A stretch of DNA of 64,000 bases, taken from Entomortierella parvispora E1425. Lineage: Eukaryota; Fungi; Mortierellomycota. The notes beneath the pieces were generated by a model. It ran no database searches, had not been told where the DNA came from, and saw only the letters and a list, made by a program, of their open reading frames with translations. Numbering within the stretch: position 1 is the stretch's first letter; each line of letters starts with the position of its first letter. The position numbers and the translations under genes are program-made. Below, piece by piece: positions 52,575 to 63,388 of this stretch. The DNA lies in the NCBI GenBank assembly GCA_020891255.1, contig BQFW01000002.1:3906001-3970000 (forward strand), read 5' to 3'.

Positions 52575-53811
52575 TTATTCGATGAACTGGAGACCTCGGG
52601 GCAGGCGAGAAGTGCAAATGGTGGACCAACTAGAAGTCAAGGACGACGATCTGTTGGGCTTTGTAGGCTCTGATCGTGTTCTGGGGTTCTTGTGCTGCTG
52701 GTTGTGGTTCTGAAGCTGCACGGTTTTGCAAGGTCGCTGTGGCTGGTGACAATGACCTTGGCCATGGCCAGAGTCCCTTCGAGGGCGCTGTTGGTTGTGT
52801 TGGCTGTGCTGTTGCTTGTGGCTCGGTCTTTGGTAAGAGCGCGCGTGCGATTGATGTTGAGATGAGGCCCTCTCACATTCGTGACCCAGCAGCTTTGGGT
52901 TGCTTTGCAGGGTCTTGACAAACGATTCTGGCATAGGTTCGACCTGGTGCCACCCCGTTCCCCAAATGGATTCTGACAGAGTCGTACAGCCATTGTCTTT
53001 GCTGCAGTGCTTGGAGGGCAATGGCGGCGGCAGCTCTGTAACATGAGATGATCTTGCCGATTTACTAGAGCTCTGTTGATCATGCTTGGACTTGATAGGG
53101 AGGCATGCCGAGGTACGGCAACAGTGATCTGGGAAGAAAAACCTGTCCATGGTTGGCCATGCATGCGACAGAGAAGATTTGTCTGCCTCTGAGTCGGTTT
53201 CTCTCGACATCGGACTCAGAGAGGCTGGATTGGAGATGGAGGGCGGCAAAATGGGCGAGAGTGTAGGTGGGGGCAAGGTCTTGTTGATTCGAATGACACA
53301 AGGCCGATGGCAGTCGCGAACTGGCTCCTTTCCCCCGAGGCCACAGTCATTGGCCAGCGGCACGTTTGACACGGCGAGAGGCGGGATGGAGGATTGTCTC
53401 TGATAATTGAGATCGGAAGGCACCTTACGATACTGCTGTTCCAGAAAATGTGCCCACTCGTCTACTTGGTGATGTTTGTTGGCCTGTCGCTCCTCCACTG
53501 GCAGACAGGCATTCCAGTTGAGCAAAGGCACGTACGGAATTTCTATAGCAGGGCGATGATGGTGGCAGAACTTCAGGTGGTCATGGTGTCTTGAGTCATC
53601 TGGCTGATCACAGCCATGGAAGGCACAGCATGCCAACGCGTCGGCTTTTCGGCAATCCTCGGAACAATAAAGGCTCGTCTGCTGTTTTTCATGAAAGCAA
53701 CAATGGAATGAGTTGGGTTCGGAAAAGATGATCAAAGACGGAGCTCGATGTATTGCTTACAGTCTCGCTGTGAAAGTGCGTAGAGCACACGGCGCACCAG
53801 TTGCAGTCCAT
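52575..53811 (-). CDS. Ecl1-family (extender of chronological lifespan) N-terminal zinc-binding domain protein, 2 exons
   Basis: Spliced N-terminus MDCNWCAVCSTHFHSET|TSLYCSEDCRKAD followed by a disordered region. Confidence 0.7.
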
Positions 53812-54037
53812 TTGGGCAAAGGTGGAGGGATGGAGGATAGGTGAGGATCAGTGTAGAATACTGATGATGATATGCAGTGAAGTAGGTGGAGCCTCCAAAG
53901 AGACGTGAGAAAGAGAGGGAGGAAGAGGAGGAAGGAGCGATAGAGGAAGAAAGGATTCATTGCGCCTTCAACCACATCTTTGTAACCGATGCTGTCCCCG
54001 AAAATGAGTACCCTATCGGTGACAGCTACACGTGATT

Positions 54038-56529
54038 TTATTTGGTGTTGCCATCCTCGTCTCTGCTCTTCACCCAGTCGGGAGGATCGCCCACAGACAT
54101 GGTGACCGGGTCTACTAGGCCATTGTAGCTCTCATACACTGTGTAGTCAAAAGTCTTGAACTCTCGATCAATCATCTCTAGCTGGGCAAGAAAGCGGTCT
54201 TTGTCGCTCAAGTTGGTAAGGGCCGCTGCTGCCTCGATGTTAACTGCTAACGGATGCATGGCCGCCATTGTTGGTTTTGATATCTGGTGTCGTAGTCGTG
54301 GAGGTTGAGCATGCGGCTTCTGCTGTGGAATGATCTTTTGTCGAGACACCGAATGATCCTGAGGTATGGGGATGATTACGGGCGATGTGATTGCCATCTG
54401 TGGTTGTGTTGCCTGTAATGGATCTTGCTGCTGCTGTTGATCAAGTTGTTCATCCTGAAGATGTTGTTGAGGTGGTTGAAACAGACCTTGCTTCGGCCCT
54501 TTGGTGCCACTCGTAGGAGGAGAGCGGGCCTGTTCTGGGCTAACTGGGCTAGGCTGCATCCCATTGTCGTCATTAATGCCCTTGGATAAGACCTGGCAGC
54601 GCACCATCCCTCTCAGATTCCCTTCTATCCTCGCCGAGGCTGCTTTGCGGATCTCATGAATATTGTTGTCAGCCAACGCGATCCTTTCTCCTGGCCGCAT
54701 ATCCTCGGCCGGTGGGATGGCCATTGTCGGTAGCAACGAAGTAGCAGGGTGGTTACAAGCCGGCGATTGAGGGTTCACAGTCGCTAAAGTCCTCCAGTCC
54801 ACTCCGTGTGGGCCAGTGGTCATATCAGACGGAAAGGTCATAGACACTGGCAGTTCATGGTGAGCGCCTGGGTCGATTGGTGAAAGGGGTATAGATTGGA
54901 ATTGGGTTTGCCGTGCCAGGTCTGGATTGCTAGGCTTTGTCGAGAGAGGTGTCGTCTGCACTGGCGTTGGTGGTTTTTGGTCAATCATCGGCCAGAGGCC
55001 CGATTTCTTTTTTAGGAGAGCTGGCGATCTGCGTCCGGCAACTGAAGAGGCGTTCGAGGCACGGATCCTTTTCATGCTCTCCTCAATTTCCTGATTCATA
55101 GCTTCCATTGCACGTTGCGCCGCCGCTGCTTCCGCGATGGCAGCATTCTCCTCTGTCTTGCGCCTCTCATTCTCTTCTTTCATCGCCCTGTCCTTCTCTT
55201 TAAGCATCCGCTGAGCTCTTTGGCGGGTTGATCGATAGGTAAGCGGCTCATCTTCCATCAAGAGCTCTTCAAGATCGAACGATATGTCGAAGTTGGCGTC
55301 ATCTGCTGGTGGTTTGAAGCCAGGGGAGAGTTGCTTTAGCTCTAGCATATGCCACCACTGCTGCAAGTTCATCCTTGCCCGAAGAGCAGCGAATTCGAAG
55401 CAAGCGTGCAGTTGGATGCCCTGCATTCCACCGTGAATTCCTAGACGCTCTGTTGGATCTCGAGTCAAAAACTGGAGGACTGTTAGAGTTCTGTATGGGA
55501 TGTGTAGTCCAAACAAAGGTTTTGGTCACTTACACCTTGTATGGCTGAGATGCACTCACGCGATATTCCCTCCTGTGGGGGATACTCGATCGACCGATGG
55601 ACAATATCTCTTTTCAGATCCGCAATGTTTTCCGACGTGAAGGGTCGTTGATTGTAGATGCATTCATAGAAGACGACGCCCAATGCCCACCAATCCACGC
55701 TTGTTCCATAGCCTGTTCCTTTGAATACCTCTGGTGCCATGTAGGCAACTGTTCCCGATTGTGAGGTCAGAAACGGCCGATCCGGTGTCAATTTGCATCC
55801 AATGTTAAAGTCGGTCAGGTGTGCGTGCCCGTTCTCATCCAACAAGACATTGTCCGGCTTAATGTCTCGATGAACAATTCCAAGTGAATGCAAATGGCTG
55901 ACGGCTGAAGCGATCTCTGCTATCCAGACCTGAACTGTTGTCTCATCAAAAGTCCTCCTGTTGAGATGGAAACGAAGATCGCCCCCCATCCTAATTCAAG
56001 AGAAGAAAGACGACTCAATTTTTGCAAGTCCATGGAAAAGGAGCTGTCCCTGTCAAGAATGCCTGCGACTCTTACATGAGGTCCATACACATGTACATGT
56101 ATTCGTCATCCTGAAACGCGAAACGCATGTTCACGACGAACGCGTGGTCCAATGACTCGAGTATTTGGCGTTCCCGCAGAATGTTTTTGACCGCCTCCAT
56201 CTGGATGACTTGTGCCTTTGAGATGTATTTCAGCGCGTAGAGTTTTCCTGTCTCACGCCTCTCAACCATCCGCACCTAGAACACGCGAGAAGTCAGGCAT
56301 TGCTTTTTGCCTGTTATTCGCTCATTCCTCTCGCCTCACCTTTCCAAAGGAGCCACCGCCAATGACTCGAAGTAGTTTGAATTGAAAGAGGTTGACTAGA
56401 GATAGGAATGAGACACGGACGTTCAGAAGTGGGCCATCAATTCAATGCAGACGTAGAGCACCATAGAAGAAAATGCTTGCCTTCATTGGCAAAGACGCCC
56501 TCTTGGTCTCGACTGGACCCATTCCCCAT
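54038..56529 (-). CDS. AGC-group Ser/Thr kinase, YANK/STK32-like, 5 exons
   Basis: MGNG start, FKLLRVIGGGSFGK, LYALKYI, HRDIKPDN, family-typical DFN, GTVAYMAPE, DWWALG, NFDISFDLEELL. Confidence 0.9.
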
Positions 56530-56753
56530 TCAGTGATGGCTCGCTGCTGGTAGAGTGGACTAGGATGGTCGTTTTTGGGCTGGATTGTCCAGAGCGGTGT
56601 GAATGATGTAAAAAAACGAATAAAAGTTGATGGAGCTCGAATCAGGTTACACCGCAACGGCGAATGACTGAGTGGCTGTGCGGCAGCCGTTCGAATGGGA
56701 TTGCGCTCAAGGACCAAGTTTCTGCGCGCGCGGAGTGATGAATCCTTGGGGGA

Positions 56754-57008
56754 TAGGCTCGACCCAGCCCTCTCTCCTCACCACGTGACCGCCGCAGGTG
56801 GTCATGTCCTCGTAGAGGGGCTGGCGGCAAATGTGGCCCTTTACATAGGATGAATATAAAAGGAAGGTGCTTAAGGGTTGTCATTAAGGGTTTGTCGATC
56901 TGGGTCACATCGCTGTCGGTTGTCGAATCACAACGCCTCCCAACGATTCACCTTGTCACATTCCTTCCCCACATGCCATCCCATTCCTGACATGCCTTCC
57001 GTTTTCTT
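56754..57008 (+). repeat. Left terminal inverted repeat (255 bp)
   Basis: Reverse complement of 63389-63643; I found one mismatch by eye (ACATGCCATC vs ACATGTCATC). Confidence 0.95.
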
Positions 57009-57074
57009 CTGTCTTTCCTTTGTCATGTGTCAAAATTTAGTCAGAATATATTACTTGATGTGAAAACCCTCCTT

Positions 57075-57958
57075 CTAGTTGTTTTTGTTCCTCTTCCCGA
57101 ATTGCAGCCCACACTCGGTCGGCCTGTAGTACTTCTGGTCGAGGCGTGCTCGTCTCAATATCTGCGAAGCTGGGGGGCCACTAGAGCCGCTGGAGCCAAC
57201 AGAGGGCCTAGAAGGACTTCGTGCTTGATGATAGGGACTGGTCTCCCTAGGGCTGGGCCCCCTTGGATCAGATTTCATTTTCGAATTGTACTGGTGCTGT
57301 GCAAGAGAACTGGAAGTAGAGCTTGAAATCCACCTCTCGGTTTTCTCATGAATGCTAACAAAACCTGATAACCTCTCGTGCATTTGATAGGTCATGTTGT
57401 CCAAAGATTGCAGTCGACGCGAAAAATCCGCAGTATTTGAATCCACTTTCTCGTTGAGCTTCCTGAAGAGATCCACGACTAGATGTTGTGTCTTTGATTC
57501 TTGATCCGTAGGTGGTCTGTACTGCTCACTAGTGCCAAGTGTGGCGGAAGTAGAAGGGGGCGATGAAACAGCCAGAGTTGAAGTAGGTGACTACAAATGC
57601 CACAGGAGACAAAAAATAAAAAGACATGGCGTTAAAATCTACATTACAGTATATGATGCGAACTCGCATTAATCCATTTGTCATCAACACGACGTACCGG
57701 TTCTGAAGCTGGCTTGGGCAACAGTGTGGCGGAGTAAAACTTTGGTACCACATGGATATTTTTCTCCGATAACTCTTGTATCAACAGGGGCTTGATGAGA
57801 GTACATGCCTTTTGGAGCTTGCGCCCTTCAATGTGGTCCTGTAGAGTTTGAGATCTCGAGAAATCCCTCCCGCAGACGCATACGTGTGCGAAGAATTGAA
57901 TCTTAACATCACCCTTGGGAATGGTGATAGTAACACTGAATTCAATGGGCTTGGGCAT
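57075..57958 (-). CDS. Transposon-internal protein with a C2H2/C2HC-like zinc finger and a coiled coil, 2 exons (about 255 aa)
   Basis: Exon 1 MPKPIEF...CVCGRDFSRSQTLQDHIEGRKLQKAC; GT-AG intron 57529-57647 (phase 2) joins in frame to the 57075-57476 ORF (LFRKLNEKVDSNTADFSRRLQSLD). Confidence 0.6.
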
Positions 57959-58225
57959 GATGTTTTTGCGCTTGATGAAAGATGGAGGTGAAGTGATGCT
58001 GTCTGCGGTGTGGAGAAGAGAATTGATGAGGAAAATAGAGAAAAATGAGAGCGTATCATCCCCTTTAAGTATGTTTTTGCAATTGGGAATGCGATCAAGT
58101 ATCGAAGGCACACAAAGCGGTCCACGGCGCATTGTTGGGCTTGATGTCAGTGCGCGAACGAGAATAGTGCTGGCGCGTATGCAAAGAGTGCGTGATCAAA
58201 GAGGCACTGACACATGAACAATTGT

Positions 58226-58526
58226 CGCGTATGCAAACAGTACGCAACAAAATCGCATGGGAATAAAGGGGGGCCAGTGAGTCCTGGCGCGTATGCAAAC
58301 AGTACGCAACAAAATCGCATGGGAATAAAGGGGGGCCAGTGAGTCCTGGCGCGTATGCAAACAGTACGCAACAAAATCACATGGGAACAAAGGGAGGACA
58401 GTGAGTCCTGGCGCGTATGCAAACAGTACGCAACAAAATCACATGGGAACAAAGGGGGGACAGTGAGTCCTGGCGCGTATGCAAACAGTACGCAACAAAA
58501 TCATATGGGAACAAAGGGGGACAGTG
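58226..58526. repeat. 62-bp tandem repeat array, about 5 copies
   Basis: Units start at 58226, 58288, 58350, 58412 and 58474. Consensus CGCGTATGCAAACAGTACGCAACAAAATCRCATGGGAAYAAAGGGRGGMCAGTGAGTCCTGG. A degenerate partial copy lies near 58171. Confidence 0.95.
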
Positions 58527-58614
58527 CGTGTGAAAACAGTGCCCGATCAAAGGGGTGCTGGACAGAGCTGATTTCATTCATTCAGAATGAAGGTTGAGAC
58601 GAGGAACAATGCGA

Positions 58615-58700
58615 ACACCAAGGCGAAGAACAAGGTGAAGGACAAAGCGAAGGACGAAGCGAAGAACAAGGCGAAGAACAGGGCGAAGAACAAAACGAGG
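58615..58700. repeat. Degenerate 12-bp tandem repeat (AAGGCGAAGAAC-like)
   Basis: About 7 imperfect units inside the transposon. Confidence 0.75.
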
Positions 58701-58847
58701 ACAAAGCGAAGAGGATATGAAAGGAAGAGGTGGGCGGCGCCCGAGACGAAAAGAGAAGTCCCTGGACACGGAGTGCAGGCCGCACGACTCAACTTCTTGT
58801 CGATGGTCGCACGTCCAATTCTCGAACAATGAACCTTTCTCCCTCCC

Positions 58848-58935
58848 ATGTCGTCCCTTGTCTTCCTATGCCGTCCCTTGTCTTTCTATGCCGTCTCTTG
58901 TCTTCCTATGCCGTCCCTTGTCTTCCCAGGCCGTC
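58848..58935. repeat. 20-bp tandem repeat (ATGCCGTCCCTTGTCTTCCT) x about 4.5
   Basis: Four near-identical units plus a partial unit, upstream of the transposase ATG. Confidence 0.9.
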
Positions 58936-59101
58936 CTGTGCCATACGCTATCTTCCCATGCCTTCCCGTAACGTCCGCTCTCATTTCATGTCTTCCATGA
59001 AGCGCTCTCCTCCTTTCATCGTTTTCTCAAGCTTCGAACTTCACTCCATCGACATTCTGCCTTACGCAAACACCTGTTGTTGAGCCCTCGTCTTTCGCAA
59101 A

Positions 59102-61461
59102 ATGAATCCTTCACCAACGAAGCGACCATTCCAGTTCGTTGAAAGCCTGTCTGTTCAAGAGATTGTTTTCGAATTCATCGGACAACTGGAGAGGCATCAG
59201 GTCCCATTATTAGCTGCCTTGCGAACTTTGTTCAATTCGACTCATCCAGGCACTGAAAAGGTGTTGACCTATTTCTATCGGGACGGCGGGGCAGCAGAGG
59301 TTGTCGGCATTTGGGCAGCAACGAACAAGGATAAATCATTCAACAAGGCTGTCACGGCCATCGTCGTCAAAAATGGAGGTGCAGAACTCAACCGTTTGTC
59401 CAAAGTTGAGGAACTTCGACATCCAGCAAACGCGATCGACCTCGACAAACTCCAAACATTCGAGCTTGACTTCATTCAACAACACATCGAGGCCTGCGCT
59501 CCAACTGTTCTTGAAGTTATAAAAGGACTTGCCTCTGTCAACAGCGTCAAGAAATCGGCTTCCACGATTGTGATGATATGTAGCGTTCTCCTCTTTCTTC
59601 GGAGCCAGAAGTCGAATCATTTCCAAATGATGATGGGCCTCTACCTTTACAGCTGTGGAAGTCCAAGTGCCGTGGTTCACCTTCTGTCCAAGGCTTCAAT
59701 CTCTGTGTCGCACACCTCAGTTTTGCGTGCTCTCAAGGGTAGGTGTTTCTGAACCTCCCATGAATCGTACTTGAAAGCGCCTGTGCCATTGATATTTTCG
59801 TAATCTTAACGATCGCTATAACGCTGCACGCACCATAGGAATGACGGATGCCGCGCTGGAGAAGATTCGTAAGGCTGTGGTTGACAAGCCTTGGTATCTT
59901 GTCTATGACAACATCAACTTTGCGAGTCGAAAATCGGACCAGCGGATCGACAATTCTGACTCATTTGAGAGTGGCACCATGGCTACAGTTGTGATGATGG
60001 ATGAGACGATTAGCCGTGATGATATCCGGCTATCATACCACCGACTTTGCCTCTCAGACCTCATACCTGGCGCTGACAGCTACGGGCACATGCAGGCTGT
60101 CACGGAGAACGCTCTACTAAAGGTTCTTGCTCGGTCATCCAAGGGCTATGATTGCTGCCGCAAGTCAGATCCAGCACGAGACAAACTAGCCACAGTGAAA
60201 ACCGTCGCTCACCCATTGCCTTCAATGCATATTGATCAGTCAAGCGTCGCCGGAAACCTGGAGGTGCTCAATACCATTATGGAGAAGACGCTTCGACTAC
60301 CTCAGGCGTGGTTCGACGACAATCGAAAAATCCTAGTTGCAGGCGACCAGCTTACCATCAGCAGGATCTCGACGGCAATGGAGTACAAGGCAGTCGATGT
60401 CTCACCATTTCATCGATTACAGTTCGCAATGCCTTGGTTACAGCTTTTTCATCTGGAGATGGCGTTCTGTGGCCTCATTCTCCAAACTCATTGGGGTTTA
60501 GCAATTCAGCCAGGGTCGTTACATTTCAACACAGTTTTTCTGAAGCGGAAGCGGGTCAGCCTGAAAGATTTTGATTTCCACGCTGCGCACGAACTCCTGG
60601 AACACACATTTGAGGCGATCGTCATACGAGTTTGGGAAGTCTATCTCGTAGATCTACCAGTGGCTGCTGAAGGGATGAGCAGTGATCAGCTGCAGGAGAT
60701 TGTAGCAGAGAAGGTCGGACACATTGTGAACGATCTCATATCGCCAGATCAAGATGAACTGCTTTATCACAGCCGTACAAACAGGAACATGGCCCTCCTT
60801 CTTCGACACCTGCTTTACTACTTCGAGCTCCGCGCAGCAATCAGAGCCGGCGACGTTGGCAGGATTGAGGAGTCGCTGAGATGGATCACGATCATGTTTC
60901 AAAATGGCATCAACAATAACTATGCCCTGGAGCTGTTGCGTGTTCATTGTGCCATCCGATATACATTGACCCCCCGAAATGAAGAGAAGATTCATGGCAA
61001 CTTGGTTAGTTAACACTAAGGGCAAAGAAAATGGATGGATTCCGACCGACATGTATCAGGAACACAACAACAAAATAATGAAGGCTACCTTTGAGTTGAA
61101 AGGGAGCAACTCAAAGTGGGATACGCGAGAGTCATCGATATCGGTCAACATCCGCACCTTTGAGGCAATTAGGAAACAGTTTGACGAATGCTTCAATCGG
61201 ACCCACAACTCAAGTTACCATTCAGCTGTCTCAGCAGAGAAGGATATAAATCAGCTCGTGTTGAAATTTCGCCAGTGCAATATTCTGAGCGAAGATTTTA
61301 GTGCCGGGGACCCTGATTTCGAGATAGCTTTGGACAAGGATCTGTATGCCTGTGGCCTGGCACTCTTGGTTGAATCGAGAATTGATAATTTTAAAAAAAC
61401 AGGGACATTAGATGACAACGAGGATGAGGATGAAGATGCTCCAGATGATCCTTTTCAATAA
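59102..61461 (+). pseudogene. Academ-family DDE transposase with one intron (59739-59838) and a +1 frameshift at 60970-60975
   Basis: YLVYDNINF (putative D1), LVAGDQLT (D2), QLFHLEM, WIPTDMYQEHNN (E). Removing one C from the C6 run gives continuous YTLTPEMKRRFMATWLVN. Confidence 0.85.
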
Positions 61462-61645
61462 ACTTACTGCTCTTGCCTCCGAGTAGAGGAGCAGGAAACT
61501 AATTAATGTTTATTGCGGGATTGCAGTGCTGAAGAGCTCTTCATACGAGGGCATAGTCAGTATGAACCGTGGGTCAGGGTACATTATGTTGGTTATGGTA
61601 CGTTGGTATCATGGGCTGACTACCCCATCTAATTGCTGATCTATG

Positions 61646-63193
61646 TCAGTGGTCCCAGCTTTCAGACATAAGCCGAGCCACCTCGGAACGAGTTTTCCGT
61701 ACTGTATCCTGAACGAGATCAGAAAGCTCCTTGAAGTGGCTTGGTTTCCAAGGAGACCAACCGACGAGGGTTTCCTTCACGTCTTCTGCCCGTAAAATTC
61801 TGGGAGCTCTCTTGATAAGCTTCATAATGCAATCGTCGGATAGCAACACCTCGGGTTTGAACTGCAAGAAGGTGGTAAGAACAATCTCATCGTAAATCCC
61901 TTTACGCCATTTCTTTAGCGCCTTTCCTAGAGCAGCCCTCTCCTCGTAGTCAAGTAACTCGCCCTTGCGGATGGGTGGAAGAGGCTTGTTTCGGCGAGAG
62001 GTAAATGGTGGTAGTCCAGCAGCGTGATAATCCTTTTTACAAATATCGCAGCAGTTTTCGGCAATAACTCGGGGAGCATTGCGAAATATGTTGTTAAGAA
62101 CCTGTCGACGACATGTCTTTGTCGCCAGGAATTCATTAAGCTGTACGTCCTCGTGCTTGGCATATTGTTGCTTGAGTGTACAGTATACAATGCCATATCC
62201 TTGCATATCGGGGCTTCGCGCCGCACGTCCAAGTCGCTGAACAAGCGATAAGACAGAATCCGGAACTCCAAACTGTATAACACAATCAACATCACTGATA
62301 TCACAGCCCATTCCGACCGCGTCGGAAGCGAAAAGGACTCGAACTTCACCCCTCCTGAACTTCTCCATAGTGTCAGACTTGTATTCGTCAGACAAGATGG
62401 CAAAGTAACTTGCAAACTGGCCATTTGGTCCGGAGAGGTTGAGCAGGTGCTTATGTGCTTTGTGTAGATCCCGAATCAACTCAAAATAGACAATGGTTTT
62501 CCTCTGGTCCGTCAGGAGAAATTCGAGAGTGATGGCCTGTGGTGAATGAGTCCGCATCACCATGAGCTTCACATTGGGCCTGTCATTGCCGGTATTAATG
62601 ACTGGGACATTGAGTGCAAGGTTGAGGGATGCCTTGACTGTATGAAGAACGTGTGGGGGCAGAGTGGCAGACATTGCTACGAAAGCAACATGAGGTGGGA
62701 GCCGAGGGCGTAATAGTCCGAGCTTTGAGTAGTTTTTCCTGAATTTTGCCCAGGTGTGGATGCAGTGGGCCTCATCAAGGACAACTGCACGTAGCTGATA
62801 GTGCCACCGTGGACTGGACCAGAGTTCCTCCACCAAGTCGTTCTCGAAAATGACTTCTGGTGTCATGAAAACTGCTCGGAAGACACCAGCGGCAAGCTTG
62901 GCAATTTCACCGGGATTGATTGACTGGTCTCCACCGCCTAAGAGGCATAGACTTCTAATACCAAGGCTTTCCAGTTTTCCATGCTGCTCCTTCATGACAG
63001 CTCGCAACGGAGACACAATAACAATAACACCTCGGTCCCAGAACAACAACGGCAAGAAGAACACCAGCGACTTGCCCCAGCCGCATGCAGCAATGAGAAC
63101 AATGTCCTTTCCATGACCAATGGATTTCGTTACTTGCAACTGCTCGCTCTTTAGTCGGAACCCGAATTGATTCCCAGCAAAGCTCCATTGCAT
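61646..63193 (-). CDS. Transposon-encoded RecQ-like SF2 helicase (start may be at 63254 across a frameshift)
   Basis: Motif I AACGWGKS, Ia VSPLRAVM, II VLDEAHCI, III MSATL, V ASDAVGMGCD, VI QRLGRAAR, Zn-binding CRRQ..CCDIC, HRDC-like tail. Confidence 0.9.
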   Translation of the reverse strand: MQWSFAGNQFGFRLKSEQLQVTKSIGHGKDIVLIAACGWGKSLVFFLPLLFWDRGVIVIVSPLRAVMKEQHGKLESLGIRSLCLLGGGDQSINPGEIAKLAAGVFRAVFMTPEVIFENDLVEELWSSPRWHYQLRAVVLDEAHCIHTWAKFRKNYSKLGLLRPRLPPHVAFVAMSATLPPHVLHTVKASLNLALNVPVINTGNDRPNVKLMVMRTHSPQAITLEFLLTDQRKTIVYFELIRDLHKAHKHLLNLSGPNGQFASYFAILSDEYKSDTMEKFRRGEVRVLFASDAVGMGCDISDVDCVIQFGVPDSVLSLVQRLGRAARSPDMQGYGIVYCTLKQQYAKHEDVQLNEFLATKTCRRQVLNNIFRNAPRVIAENCCDICKKDYHAAGLPPFTSRRNKPLPPIRKGELLDYEERAALGKALKKWRKGIYDEIVLTTFLQFKPEVLLSDDCIMKLIKRAPRILRAEDVKETLVGWSPWKPSHFKELSDLVQDTVRKTRSEVARLMSESWDH

Positions 63194-63388
63194 TGTTGGG
63201 GATCTCCTGAATGTTGAAGGAGGGATTAACGTCGGAGGGATTTAATGTGTCCATTTGTCGCCTGGTCAATTGGTGCTACTTTTGTAAGAATTTAATAAAA
63301 GAGGCTGATGGAAAATAATACTGTGAAAGACATGGAAGACAACGGATGGTATGGGAAGGAAAGAAAGGGAGGGAAAGAAAGGGAACAT

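Noticed and set aside
56642-57063. Duplicated short ORFs (MTQIDKPL..., MSLRVCRS...) also seen at 63292-63674
   Set aside because: They only reflect the TIR sequence; one runs out into flanking DNA. Used as evidence for the TIRs, not as genes.
58226-58526. CRISPR-like interpretation of the 62-bp array
   Set aside because: Units are full-length near-identical tandem copies with no unique spacers; no cas-like gene; eukaryotic transposon context.
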